64,000 nucleotides of DNA from the human T2T-CHM13v2.0 reference genome, Homo sapiens: NCBI RefSeq assembly GCF_009914755.1, contig NC_060930.1. One strand, given 5' to 3'. The position numbers and the translations under genes were made by a program. Positions 13,110 to 25,729 of this stretch are shown piece after piece (position 1 is the first letter of the stretch; every line of letters starts with the position of its first letter). The notes under the pieces are model-generated. The model saw only the letters and a list, made by a program, of their open reading frames with translations, was not told where the DNA came from and made no database searches.

Positions 13110-13592
13110 AAGTTAGGATGGCGTTAGGCTGAGAGTGCCGGAAAACTTGGCTATCAGTAGCTTAAAAGAAGACTTTTTTTCCCCCTTGCGTAAGTACAAG
13201 GCCAGAAGTAGATACCCAAGAGCCGGTTTGGTTGCTTATTAATGCTGCCAGAGATAGGCTTGCTCTGCCTTCCTTAACATGTGGCTCTTGTCATTATAGT
13301 TGCAAATGGTTGCTGTTCCTCTAGGCCTAAATCTACTTTCCAGGAAGGAAGAGAGTGGAAGGACCCAAAAGCCTTCTACTTGCAAACTTTGTATTTCTAT
13401 TTTGGAGTGAAAGCCCTTCTCAGGGACTTCATTCACATACTAACTGGCAAATTCTGGGTTACGTAGCTACTTTTAGCTGGGAGATTGGACATTTTTAGTT
13501 AGGTACACAGTTTCCCCAAACAAAATCAAAATTCTGCTAAAAAGGAAGAAGGTGGAATAGCCCTGGCTAGTTGACTGGCAGTGTCTGCCACA
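13110..13592 (-). mobile_element. Old MLT1 (J/K/L-type) LTR
   Basis: AGTTAGGATG...CAGTAGCTTAAA start; AAAATTCTGCTAAAAAGGAAGAAGG...GTGTCTGCCACA end. Confidence 0.55.
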
Positions 13593-14595
13593 TACATTAT
13601 ACGTGTTCAGGCTGTTCATGTTCTAATACGGTACTTCCATGAGCAATAAAAACTTTCTGTCCTGCCAGTAAGAGACTCTAGCTGGTGTTCACTTTTTATT
13701 AGACATTTATATTTAAACTTAAAAAGGTTAATTCTACTTGATCCAGTGGTCAAAGGACAGATACATTCTCAGCTTCCAGATTTCAGACAATGTGAATAGC
13801 ATATTTAGTGAACTCTAACGTAGAACAGAATTAACATGTTGTAGTTATTAGGCCTACTGGAAAGCCTTATCAGCCCTAACATAGGTAGCCTAATTATCAC
13901 ATATTTTAATTTCTTCTTCTTCATTAACAGGTACTATGGGGGGCATTTTCAATGAATTGGCTCTCAGTATTTTGGCTTTAAGCTTCTGTTTCCATCTTTA
14001 TATTATCAAGAATTGTTCAGTTGGGTATCAAGTCATTCTATGGAGCCTAGTTTCTTGGTTGTGAATTAACCTGTAAGTTTAGGAATATTTATTTCAGTCC
14101 CTTTCTGTGGCATAAATGCTACTAAAATGTATTTCTCATTCCTTAACAGGAGAAAACTGAAAACAATCTTTCCTAATTTTGGTGATTCAGAATCACCTGT
14201 TAAGCATCAGTTATTATGAAATTTTATAGCCATAGCTATTGACATAAAACTCCTAGAGTCAACTCATTCTTTGTTTATTTGCTTCTTTTTCATAAAATGA
14301 AGCTGATTTGTGAGACCCTTTGGGCCAGTGTAATAGGCCACCCTCAAGAGTCATCATCATTCTTAAAGAAGTTTTCAATGCATTCACTGTTGCTCTTGTC
14401 CTTGACGTCTCACCCCCATTTAAATAATTATTTTTGGTATCTGTAACATCCATAGTTGGATCACAAGTACCAACCTATGAACTTACACCCACTTTCCCTT
14501 CTCATCTATACAAATTTCATTAACAAAGTAGAAGGGGATTCTCCCTCACCTTTTCAAAGAATTTTGAATGTATTTTGTGTGGGCTTATTCCAAAG

Positions 14596-14778
14596 CAGAA
14601 CTCAGCGAACATTTTCTGTAAAGCGAAGACAGTCAGTATTTTAGTCTTTCTGGACCACATACAGTCTCTGTTATATATCCTTTTTTTTTTCTTTCTTTTT
14701 TTTTTTTTCATTTGCAGCTTGAAGGGCCATACATAGATAGGTCAGATTTGGCCTGTAGGCGAAGTTCACTGACTGTTG
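14596..14778 (+). mobile_element. MER58A-like hAT MITE
   Basis: CAG..TCAGCGAACATTTTCTGTAAAG...CAGATTTGGCCTGTAGGC; perfect 8-bp hAT TSD TTCCAAAG at 14588-14595 and 14779-14786. Confidence 0.85.
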
Positions 14779-14809
14779 TTCCAAAGCATATGGTTCTTTA
14801 TCACTACAG

Positions 14810-15060
14810 CAGTGGTCTCCAAAATTTTTTAAAAGTGTATCCCTCTTAAAAAAGCTTCAAGAATGTACTCACAGCCTAGATACCAAAATGTTTATTTTAT
14901 TTATAAAACATTACATGTTTGTATCAAACTAATAAATTATGTACATTATAAAACATGCTCAAAAATATAAATTTAAAAAGCATGAGATGAAATGTGAATG
15001 TAAATAGAAGTTCTAAAAGTTCTTTCTGTGCCCCAGGAGACCATCTTGCCTACTTTTTGG
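14810..15060 (+). mobile_element. hAT-Charlie (Charlie4-like) fragment
   Basis: CAGTGGTCTCCAAA terminus, AT-rich body with TATGTACATTATAAAACA and AAATAGAAGTTCTAA. Confidence 0.5.
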
Positions 15061-15586
15061 GCAATCTGCATTTCATCTTGGAGTTCTCCCTGTTGGAGGA
15101 AAAAGATGACGCTTGTCACATGACACTGGCCCACAATTTTCTAGAAGATCTTAATATCAGCCTTTATCTTGAGCCTACTTAAACCCAAGGGAACTTGCTT
15201 CATTTGGACCTGCCAAAATAAAGGTTGAAAAACATTGCAAGAATAGACTTAAAAAAATTAGTTCTCAAAGCTATTCAGAAAATAGACTATGATAGAAAAT
15301 AAGCTCTTCAAGATTATAAGTCTCCTTCATAATTTATTATGAAGGATCATAATTTATTAACCATTTCATTTTTTTTCACTGGTGAATGTACAGTCTTTTA
15401 ATGTGCTATCTCACTTGAAATGCCAAGGCTACCTTTTGGGAAACAGCATGGAATCCAGGTAAATGCATTTACTTTTGAAACCAGACTATTAAGTGACCAG
15501 TACCTAGAACTCAGGGCACTCTCAAATTGTTTTCTAAGAACCATTATTGAAGTGCTCTGCATTGGACCCAGCATGGTAGGTACCAT

Positions 15587-16099
15587 GCTAAGTGCTTTAC
15601 ACACATTTCCTCATTCCTCCTCAATCTTAAGAGAGAAGTGCCACCACCCTTTTAGGTTAATTTTCTAAATGGTATAGAAAAACAGCACATAACAGAGCTG
15701 CTTTTAGATACCAATCATAGGCAAAACCAACTTGAACAAGCGTGAGGGGAAAAGAAAGTATGTTTGATTCATACCAGCAACCTGTGTTCACAAAGGGTGA
15801 AGGGGCAGCTGTTTCAGGGCAACTGGAAATAGGACTGGGAAGTTGGAGAACTCTGCCACTTCTCTCTGCTTTTCTCACTATGTGGGCTCCACTCCCTCTT
15901 CCTGCAGTGTCTTCCTCCTCATGGTGGGAAACAGGGCTGCCAGCAGCTGCCAGCTCATGTGTCCCAACTTCACCACCTGAGAGAGAGACCCTCTTCCTAA
16001 ACCTGGTCCACTTCGCTGGCCAGGGTGTGCTGCCCTGACTGGCTCAACCCTGTAGGTGACTCTAACCTCTGCATCAATCATGGTCTGAAGGGCAAGAGA
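15587..16099 (-). repeat. Left arm of local inverted duplication (MIR-like piece + unique flank + old MLT1-type LTR piece)
   Basis: Reverse complement aligns along its length to 17227-17741; near-identical peptides in ORFs 15742-16038(+) and 17326-17586/17288-17485(-). Confidence 0.95.
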
Positions 16100-16349
16100 T
16101 CAAACTAAGATTCTTAGTTTTGGATTCATGGAGTTTATAGTTGGCTATAGGTGAATTTTGGTGTACCAATGAATACATTACAATTTTTATGTGGAGTGTA
16201 TGTATGAAATAGGTGCATATTTCTGGGGGTATGTCCATAACATCTATTTAGGAGATAGAACTCTCTTTTTGCTTGTTCAGTTACCTTGTTAACAATTGAC
16301 CTTGGTTAACAATTCTTTATATTAAATTATTTCTGGAAAAATAGCTGGT

Positions 16350-16858
16350 GTGACTTCTAAGTGGCCACAGAGGTAGCATTTGCAGGAAGCTACTGCTACT
16401 CCCAGAGTTGAAGAAACAAAAAAAGGGGGTCTGGAATCATTACAATTTAAAAATGTGGGGAGGGGGCCCCGTAGACCTGAAACTCAGCTCTCTAAGGAAC
16501 CCCTGCTCATGTGGTGCTGGGACCTCTAAGAAAGAACGCCAGGCAGCTGGTGCGAGGGTCTCTGAGGGGACGTGATGGTGCTTGTTCTGAGTGCCGGAAT
16601 CTCTTCACACTGGACTCAACTGAAGCCTCCAAAACAGACTGGCATTTTGAGGATGGAAGTACAGGAGCCACAGCAGACAGTTCGCCTACAGGAAGAAACA
16701 GGACCCTTCTTCCTCCTCCAGTCTTGCCATTACCCCAAAGCGCCACCTCTTGATGAACTCTAACAGGTGACAGCTAGTGAAGCAGAAGTGTGATTTGCAA
16801 CATCACAAAGCTAGGGGTTTTAAAGTTCAGAGATAACAGTTCAATCACTGGCCCAGTG
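16350..16858 (-). mobile_element. ERVL LTR (LTR41/LTR33-like)
   Basis: TTCCTCCTCCAGTCTTGC...GCGCCACCTCTTG...CTAACAGG..CAGCT...AGAAGTGTGATTTGCA...CAGAGATAACAG..AATCACTGGC matches the family end. Confidence 0.55.
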
Positions 16859-17226
16859 GCCCACTCAAATTCTTAAAGAGAACTGGGACCCCAAAGGTTA
16901 AAACCTCTACCTTATATTTCCTAATATTTGGGGAAAAGGATTGTTTTATGCATGGAGGCACTGCTTCACAGGTGAAGATAAATCAAAATCTGAACTGTTT
17001 TATTTTCTGGGTTCTGGTATCACATAGAACAGATTAATCTCTTATGGATGTTCTGGAACTAAACTTATGCATTTAGGCGGTGAGGTTCTATTTTTTTCCC
17101 TTGAATGTTCTGCTTCTTCCCTTTTGCTTTGCCTGGAAGGAGATTTCATTTCTTAGGATGGTGTATTGCACACCATCTGTGGTGGTCTAGAGCACCAAGA
17201 TCACCCAGGGGGCCTGTGTGTGCGTC

Positions 17227-17741
17227 TCTCTTGCCCTTCAGGCCATGATGGATACAGAGGTTAGAGACATCTAAAGGGTCGAGCCAATCAGGGCAGCATA
17301 CCCTGGCCAGTGAAGTGGTCCATGTTTAGGAAGAGAGTATCTCTCTCAGGTGGTGAAGTTGGGACACGTGAGCTAGCAGCTGCTGGCAGCTCTGTTTCCC
17401 ACCATGAGGAGAAAGCCACTTTGAAGAAAGAGGGAGCGGAGCCCACGTAGTGAGAAGAGCAGAGAGAAGTGGCAGAGTTCTCCAACTTCCCAGTCCTATT
17501 TCCAGTTGCCCTGAAACAGCTGCACCATCACCCTGTGTGAACACAGGTTCCTTGTATGAATCAAATGTACTTTCTTTTCCCTTCATGTTTGTTCAAGTTG
17601 GTTTTGCCTATGATTAGTACCTAAAAGTAGCTCTGTTGTGTGCTCTTTTTCTACACCATTTAGAATATTAACCTAAAAGGGTGGTGGTACTTATCTCATA
17701 AGACTGAGGAGGAATGAAGAAATGTTTGTAAAGCACTTAGC
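17227..17741 (+). repeat. Right arm of local inverted duplication
   Basis: Complement of the left arm; 13 differences in a hand-aligned 123-bp segment (~89% identity); patchy extra homology out to 17801/15561. Confidence 0.95.
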
Positions 17742-18366
17742 TACCTACCGTAAAGTACCTACCATATACTACATATCACAAAAAATTGTCATGGGTCCAA
17801 TATTGGATCGTTAATAGCCTAGCTTGTCACTAATCTGTGTTGTGTATAGCAACTTCTCTCTGAGCCTCTTTTACTACTTTACTATGACATTTGTTTTTCC
17901 CTTTTTCTGATACCCTGATACTGTCAAAACCCAACAAGGCATAGGGAGGTAGCTATTAACCCACAATGGCAGTGCATCGCTTCTTCAAAGACATTACCTT
18001 AGTGCAGGTGTCTGTGGGGGAAGGTGTCCATTTAGACTTAAAAGTGATTTGATTTTCTCTTCATCTTCTGTTAGGCACCCTTGCTGTTCTTCTCCACTAT
18101 CACTATCTGTTGTTGAATCTGTGTCCTTATTTCTAATTGGTGATGTGGAAGCTACACATTTGAGTCTATCTTCTCTCAGTTTTTTCTTTTCATTATGTTT
18201 CTTCCAAATCTTATTATATCTCTTTTGCATGTTGGCTTCTCATGTGAAAAGTCTGGTTATTTATTTATTTATTATATTTCAGAAGATCAGTGTAATAATT
18301 TTCAGTGACGATTATAACTCTCCTGCAGGCCAGTGTATTCTTTTGAGGCATGAGATAGGAAGCTAA

Positions 18367-19002
<636 letters not shown>

Positions 19003-19580
19003 TCAGAAATTATTTTAATTTATCAAACCAGACAGCTAATGATTATGCAATTGCTATTTCAAATGAATAATTTAAAAATAAAAATAGAACATAATTGTTT
19101 TATGTGTCTAAACAACTATCTCTGCCTCATAAATACAAAGATATGGGGATGTACTCAATTATCAAAAACAAAAGAGAACAAAACAAAACCCAAAAAAGCA
19201 TGTGGGAGCAAGTAATGTCAAGAAAGATTTCCTACAATAATCAATGGAAAAATTGTTATTAGGGAGGCAAATGGATTCATATGAGTTTTGCCAAGCTTGG
19301 TCAAGTGTAGCATTATCAATTTGATACTTTCAGCCACACAGGCTACATTAGTTGAGTTGATTTAAACTGACCTTCTAAGTGACTGAATAACTATGTTGAT
19401 TGTTCAGCTATTTGGATCACACATGCACTGTTTGAGACAAATTTCAAGCTGCATCAGTGCAGTGAGACAGAGTGATATAATAATGATACGTCTACATTTC
19501 TATCTTGTGCCCCAACCCTCCTCTGCCTTCTTGGCTTATCCATCTAACTGGCCACTGGACAGTCCACATGAATAGCTACC

Positions 19581-19956
19581 TGATATGGTTTGGCTGTGTG
19601 TCCCCACGCAGATCGCATCTGGAATTGTACTTCCTTAATTCTCACGTGTTGAGGGAGAAACCTGGTGGGAGATAACTGAATCATGGGAGCGGATTCCACT
19701 ATACTGTTCTCGTGGTAGTAAATAAATCTCGCGAGATCTGATGGTTTTATCAGTGGTTTCCGCTTTTCCGTCTTCCTCATTCTCTCTTTGCCAGCTGCCA
19801 TCCACGTAAGTTGGGATTTGCTTTTCCTTACCCTCCTCCATGATTGTGAGGCTTCCCCAGCCACGTAGAACTGTAAGTCCAAGTAAACGTTTTTCTTTTG
19901 TAAATTGCCCAGTCTCGGGTATGTCTTTATCGGCAACGTGAAAATAGACTAATACA
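19581..19956 (+). mobile_element. THE1 (THE1B-like) solo LTR
   Basis: TGATATGGTTTGGCTGTGT...CCAGTCTCGGGTATGTCTTTATC...GACTAATACA; 5-bp TSD CTACC/CCACC. Confidence 0.92.
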
Positions 19957-20538
19957 CCACCTTAACACATTCAAAACAATTCTCAACTTCTTTCTGAAAA
20001 ATCTGCTACTCTCTCTTTTCTGTTGGGCCAAATGATACCCATTGTCCAACCTTTTCTCAGGTCAAAATCCTAAATTATTCTTGGCTTCTTTCTTTTGCTC
20101 ACATTCCATAGATGCTTCATCAGCTGTACCTTCAAACAATGCTCCAGTTCTAGATATGTCATATTTTAGCACCCACAGTGCTCCTATCTGGTCCAAGCCT
20201 CCCTCATGTCTCTCCTGGATCTGCAGTAGCCCCCTAACTGGTTCTCTCTGCCTCTCAGACTCTTCACCATTCTCCACAGAGCAGCCACCCGGGTGGTTTA
20301 AAAAGATAAATCACCTCACATCTTTTGCATATTCAAGATAGTCAATAAGTATCCAATATACTCAAAATAACATCTAGGTGATTTTTGTTTTCTTATTTAT
20401 ATTTCCTATAATTACCATGTATAGTTTTTATAACCTAAAAAACATTTTTTTTACATTTTTACTTTTATAAAGGATGTACCATTTTAAATACAAATGAAAG
20501 AAAGTATTTCTTGGTACAGGTTTGCTTTCTTTAATCAC

Positions 20539-20836
20539 TTTTTTTTTTTTTGAAACAGTCTCACTCTGATTCCCAGGCTAAATGCAGTGACACAATCATA
20601 GCTCACTGCAACCTTGACCTTCCAGGCTCAAGCTATCCTCCCACTTCTGTCTTTGGAGTAGCTGGGATCACAGGTGTGCACCACCACACCCAGCTATTTT
20701 CTTCATTTTTATGTTTTGTAGAGACAGGGTCTCACTGTGTTGCCCAGGTTGATCTCAAACTCCTGGTCTCAAGCAATCCTCCCACCTTGGCTTCCCAAAG
20801 TGCTGGGATTACAGATGTGAGCTGCCACACCTGGCT
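20539..20836 (-). mobile_element. AluJ
   Basis: T-tail, CATAGCTCACTGCAACCTTGACC, CTCAAGCAATCCTCCCACCTTGGC. Confidence 0.92.
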
Positions 20837-21769
20837 GAATCATTTGGTTTGATACACTTACCGTGATGCTGACTTCAGAGGCTTCCTTTTGTTGTGACTA
20901 TTTTTATTGCCAATTAGATAAAAGATAGTACTCAGTGACACTGGAAGACAGCATATTACAGTGGAAAAGTTACAGGTTTTAAGCCAAAAGACGTAGGATT
21001 TAGTTTGTCAGTGGAATTGCCACATGGCTTTAGCCAGTTGACTTAAACTTTCTGTCCCTCATCTAAAAAAAGTGAGACTAATAATATCTGGCTTACCTAC
21101 CACATAGGATTTTTGTGAAGATCAAATCAATATTAGAAAGTGTTTGGTAAAGTATAAAACACTCAATGAATGCTAGTTAAAAACAACAGAATTACTCAAT
21201 AGTCAAATAGTGTGTTGTAAAATCTGCAGATGGTGTAATGAATTACCTTAATCACTTATTAAAGTAAGCATTCAAATGAGTATTGCATTTCTTACATGTA
21301 ATAATAACCCAATATCCATATGCATAAAGGATGATTAGATTAGTAGATGTCAGATGCTAACTGAATAAAAATTAGAATGACAGATGTAGAGTTGGAGTAG
21401 CTCTGCTCATTAGAGGAGAACTGTTCATAACTCAGAGAAAAACTTTGCCTTGTTAAGTGAATAGGCTTTCTTAAATACTGTGAGGGAGCAGTTAAGAGCA
21501 TAGACTGGGCTGTGAGTGGAAATAGTGCTCTGTTCTGGGTAGGGAGAGAGGTAACTGGTAGTTTTTCCCCGGAAGCCATAGGCTGATCTTGAGAAAAGTG
21601 GTCGTCTTGTCAGGCGGTTCTAGGAGAAACTTTGTTTTGCTAGTCTTGGAAGCACCATAGATACTAGAAATGAGGCCTCAGGAAAAAAGCTCTTTGCCCA
21701 CTGGGAAAATTTAGAGTTGGAGCCTTAGAAGAATGAATAAGAAAGGTTTTGAGATGCTTATTCAGTTTA

Positions 21770-21990
21770 AAGCAACCCAACATTTACTGAATACCAGACA
21801 TTGCTAGATCCATTTGTATATTATCATATTTGATTGTTAACATGCATTTTTAGGTAGATGCAATTATCACTTTACAGATGGGAAAACTCTAGACTCAGAG
21901 GAGTTACAGAAGTTGTTCAAGATTGCCCAACTAGTAAATGAGCAATTTGGGATAGAAATCCAGTTCTGTTGCCTCTTTACACTATATCCT
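21770..21990 (-). mobile_element. MIR
   Basis: CATTTACTGA...TTTACAGATGGGAAAACT...CTCAGAGGAGTTA...TTGTTCAAG. Confidence 0.7.
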
Positions 21991-22857
21991 CTTAAATATC
22001 AATGAACTTCTGTGTAGTAGAAGCCTTGTATTTGTTCATATTAAAGATTTTCAGTGAGATCGATATGAGGATTTTTTTAGGGATATTAGCAGTCTTTGAT
22101 ACTAGGGTGTGATGCTATTGGAAGAAACAAACCCCAGTAATGTGTGAAGCTGCTTTCTTTAACAAAGGAGGAAAATTAGAATTATGGCTCAGCCTCTGAA
22201 AGATTATCATGATTTTTTTCCAGTCAGATATTTTCTTGGCAAAAAACTATTTTGCTGTTTTGAATATAGCCTTTACAATATCCAAAAGAATCTTATCAAA
22301 TCAGTGTGTATTATGTAAGGAACCAAGGATTTTTCTGCACTAAAAGCTCTGGATGGTTTCATTCAGGTGTAGGCAAACAGCATAGCTGCCTATAATTCAT
22401 GACCTGCTTCATGGAGTCAGGGACATTATTTGACAAGGACACTGTTTCATTTACATTTTTCTGCTCCACAGAACAAAACAGAATACATGATTTCAAAGAG
22501 AGCTTTTCAGTCATGTGGGCTTCTTTTCAAATACTTCAAGACAAGATTTTTGCACTGGGGCGAATCCAAGATTTAGTAAAATCCAGCCTTCTTTTCACAA
22601 AGATTCACATTTTTTAATGTATTACGGACATACATTAGGTGCTCCTTTGAATTTTGTTGGCCCCATATTTTTATTAGAAAAAAAGGCTCTTAACACCAAA
22701 ACAACTGAGACTTTCTTTCAATTTATGTTGAACTAGGTAAGTAAAATCTAAGAGTATGGAAATTTTATACTTTATTTTTCCAGCAATTTACAGCTAGGGT
22801 CTGTAACATAAATTTGTAAAAATCATCTGTCCATAAATATAGTGATAGTTTAGGTTC

Positions 22858-23164
22858 TATTTATTTATTTATTTATTTGTTTATTTGAGACAGAGTCTCG
22901 CTTTGTCGCCCAGGCTGGAGTGCAGTGACGCATCTCGGCTCACTGCAAACTCCACCTCCCGGGTTCACGCCATTCTCCTGCCTCAGCCTCCTGAGAAGCT
23001 GGGACTACAGGCACCTGCCACCACGCCTAATTTTTTGTATTTTTTTAGTAGAGACGGGGTTTCACCGTGTTAGCCAGGATGGTCTCGATCTTCTGACCTC
23101 GTGATCTGCCCACCTCGGCATCCCAAAGTGCTGGGATTACAGGCGTGAGCCACCGTGCCCGGCC
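22858..23164 (-). mobile_element. AluY
   Basis: GGGTTCACGCCATTCTCC, CACCGTGTTAGCCAGGATGGTCTCGATC; (TTTA)n tail. Confidence 0.95.
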
Positions 23165-24129
23165 CTCTTTAGTTATTTTAAAATAAAAATTAGTCTAGCT
23201 ATCTTAGCATGGAAACAGTGATGGATTGTGTATGAACTGACCATGTATAGTACAAATAGTGTACTGATATTCTAAGTTATCTAGAGTTAACAATACTTTA
23301 ACTTAATGTCTTGTAAATGAAATACTTATTACAAAGTTATGTTTTAAACTATTCAGAAAAAATTAAAGACAAAATAGTTAGGCGTCTTTTTCATGTGGCC
23401 CCTGAAATCAATCAATGGACCTCAAACTACAGTTTAAGAAATGATGTTTTAGAGGAAGTCCAAGCATTAGTTAGCCATGGTGTAAGAATGATAATTTCCA
23501 TAATCTGTAAAATTCAGTCTTTTTATTGTAAGAATCATTAATTGTATGATTCAATTAGATGTCAATAGCTTTATCTGATTGAAATCAAGGATATCAGATA
23601 CCCTATTGTCTGACAGAATCAAAATGCCCTTTATGATGAATGCAGCCGTATTCATCTGAGAGCTTGGTTGGGACACCTTGGTTTGTCACATGGCCTCTTT
23701 CTTTAGCAGGATAGCTAGTACCTCCTTACAGTTGGCAGTAAGCCTCTTAAGAGGGAGTGAGCTGATGTATAAGCCTCTGCTTGTATCATGTTTGCAAATA
23801 TTCCATTGATCAAGGCAAATATATGGCCAAGCCCACATGGGAGGGAATTTTAACTGGGTGTGAATATTGGGAGGTGTGGTTAGTTGGGGGCTATCACTGT
23901 ATCTCCCACAGGCTGCTACTTCTCTCTTAATATCTCTTGTCCTCTTCCCGTTTTCCTTGGTAATAAAAGTCCTTATTTTTAACAGGATGCATGGCCACCT
24001 AGAATAAAGACTACTTTTCCTATTCTATTAATAACATTTATCAAATTATGGCTGGGATGCTACATCTTTGAGCAGTAGGATTCAAGCAGAAGTGTTGTAT
24101 GGGACTTCTGAATAGTGTCTTTATTATGC

Positions 24130-24667
24130 ATGTATTGCTGTTGGACAAACTTTCACCAAATGTGGCAGCTTAAAACAAAAAATATCTTTATTTTCTTACA
24201 CAGTTTTCAAGAGTCAGGTTTTGGGAGTATCTAAGCTGGGTGACTTTGGTTTAGCGTCTTGTGTGATTGCAGTCAAGGTATCCAGAAGGGCTGTAGTTAT
24301 TGAGATGTTGACTGGGCTAGAGGATCAATTACATGGTGGCTCGCTTGCATGGCTGTTGGCTGGAGGTCTTAGTGCCTCACTGGCTGTTGGGAGGAAGCCT
24401 CAGTCCCTTAAATGTTGCTCTCTCCGTAGGGCTGCTTGAGAGGCAGCTAGCCTCATGCCATGGCAGCTAGCTTCTCCCAGAGTGAGTGAGTTAAGAGAAG
24501 GAAAAAGAGAAAGGAACCAAAATGTGTTTTATGACCTAGCCTTTGAAGTTGCATATTATAACTTCTGTATTACTTTGGTCACACAGATCAACCCTGAGGA
24601 TTGGGAAGGAACTATACATACCAGGAGGCAAGGAGCACTGGGGGCCCTCCTGGGACTGCCTATCACA
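24130..24667 (-). mobile_element. MLT1 (F/G-type) LTR
   Basis: GCTTAAAACAA...CATGGCAGCTAGCTTC..CCAGAGTGAGTGA...TTTTATGACCTAGCC...CCAGGAGGCAAGGA..CACTGGGGGCC...CCTATCACA. Confidence 0.75.
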
Positions 24668-25729
24668 GCGTCCTTAAAGGTAAAGTGTAGATGTTTCTTC
24701 TTAGTTTGAGTTTTGAATAATTTTCAATATTCTAAGCAGTTATGTGAGACAAAACTGAGCAAACCAAATTCTGTATAAAAGATTCTCCACAGTGTAGCTA
24801 AGCTCCACTTTTTTGTATGCTTCCTTCTTATGATAGGGAAACAGAAAAAAAATCATTTCTTAAAAGTGAAAAACTGTTATGACAATATTAACTGACAATT
24901 CTGTTCTCTAACCTAGTAGAAATGTTTTTGGATTGTTTGAAAACACTTAAGAAAACATGGCCTACAATAGAAACATTGCTGTCTTATTCATATTCACTGC
25001 AGAAATATTACAGATTATTGTTGGCAAACTCATCTTTTTTAAAAAAAACTATAAATGGGGCAGTATAAACTGTGTGTGGTATGAAAATGAATTTTAATAT
25101 TGACCACTTTGGCTATTGCTTCCTGCTGTATTCATAGCAGAGCTCTTGGTTAAATCCTATCTTTAACACATCCAAGAAAATACTGAAACTGTTTACATAA
25201 TTATTAAAGAGAAGGTCACATCTTATCTGTTTGGCACAATGGAAATTTTGATAATTTAATTCTATCAGTGGATCAAGGCATTGACTTTGTTTCAGGGATT
25301 CATGGTTTTAGATTCCAGTTTGTCCTTTCCTTAGCTATGTGTCGTTCATATGCTCTAAGAGGCAGTTCCCTCATCTGTAAAATGGGAGTAGTATCAAATT
25401 CACAGGGTGCTGTTATGTATAAGATCAGATACATAAGGCTCATTGTAAGCACTTGATAAATGGAATTGTTGTTAGCTAAATATTCTTTAAATCTTTATTA
25501 GGATTAGTGTCTTTGGTGAATGCTAAGCATATTGTCTAACAAGACCTTCCCTTTAAGACAACTTACTCTGTGTGTGTGTGTGTGTGCATGTGTGTATGTA
25601 TTTAAAAATAAGAGATTAAGCCACTGAGGCGCTAGAACTAAGAAAGTATATTTCCATTTTGAAAGCCTCTTCTATTGTAAAATTTCTTTTAGCAACTTGA
25701 GTTGTGTTAATATAGACAAATAACTAGAA

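Noticed and set aside
15742-17586. Two paralogous ORFs (MRGKESMFDSY / MKGKESTFDSY) as a duplicated gene pair
   Set aside because: They only mirror the inverted duplication of LTR-derived DNA; the reading frames diverge after an indel and one starts at GTG.
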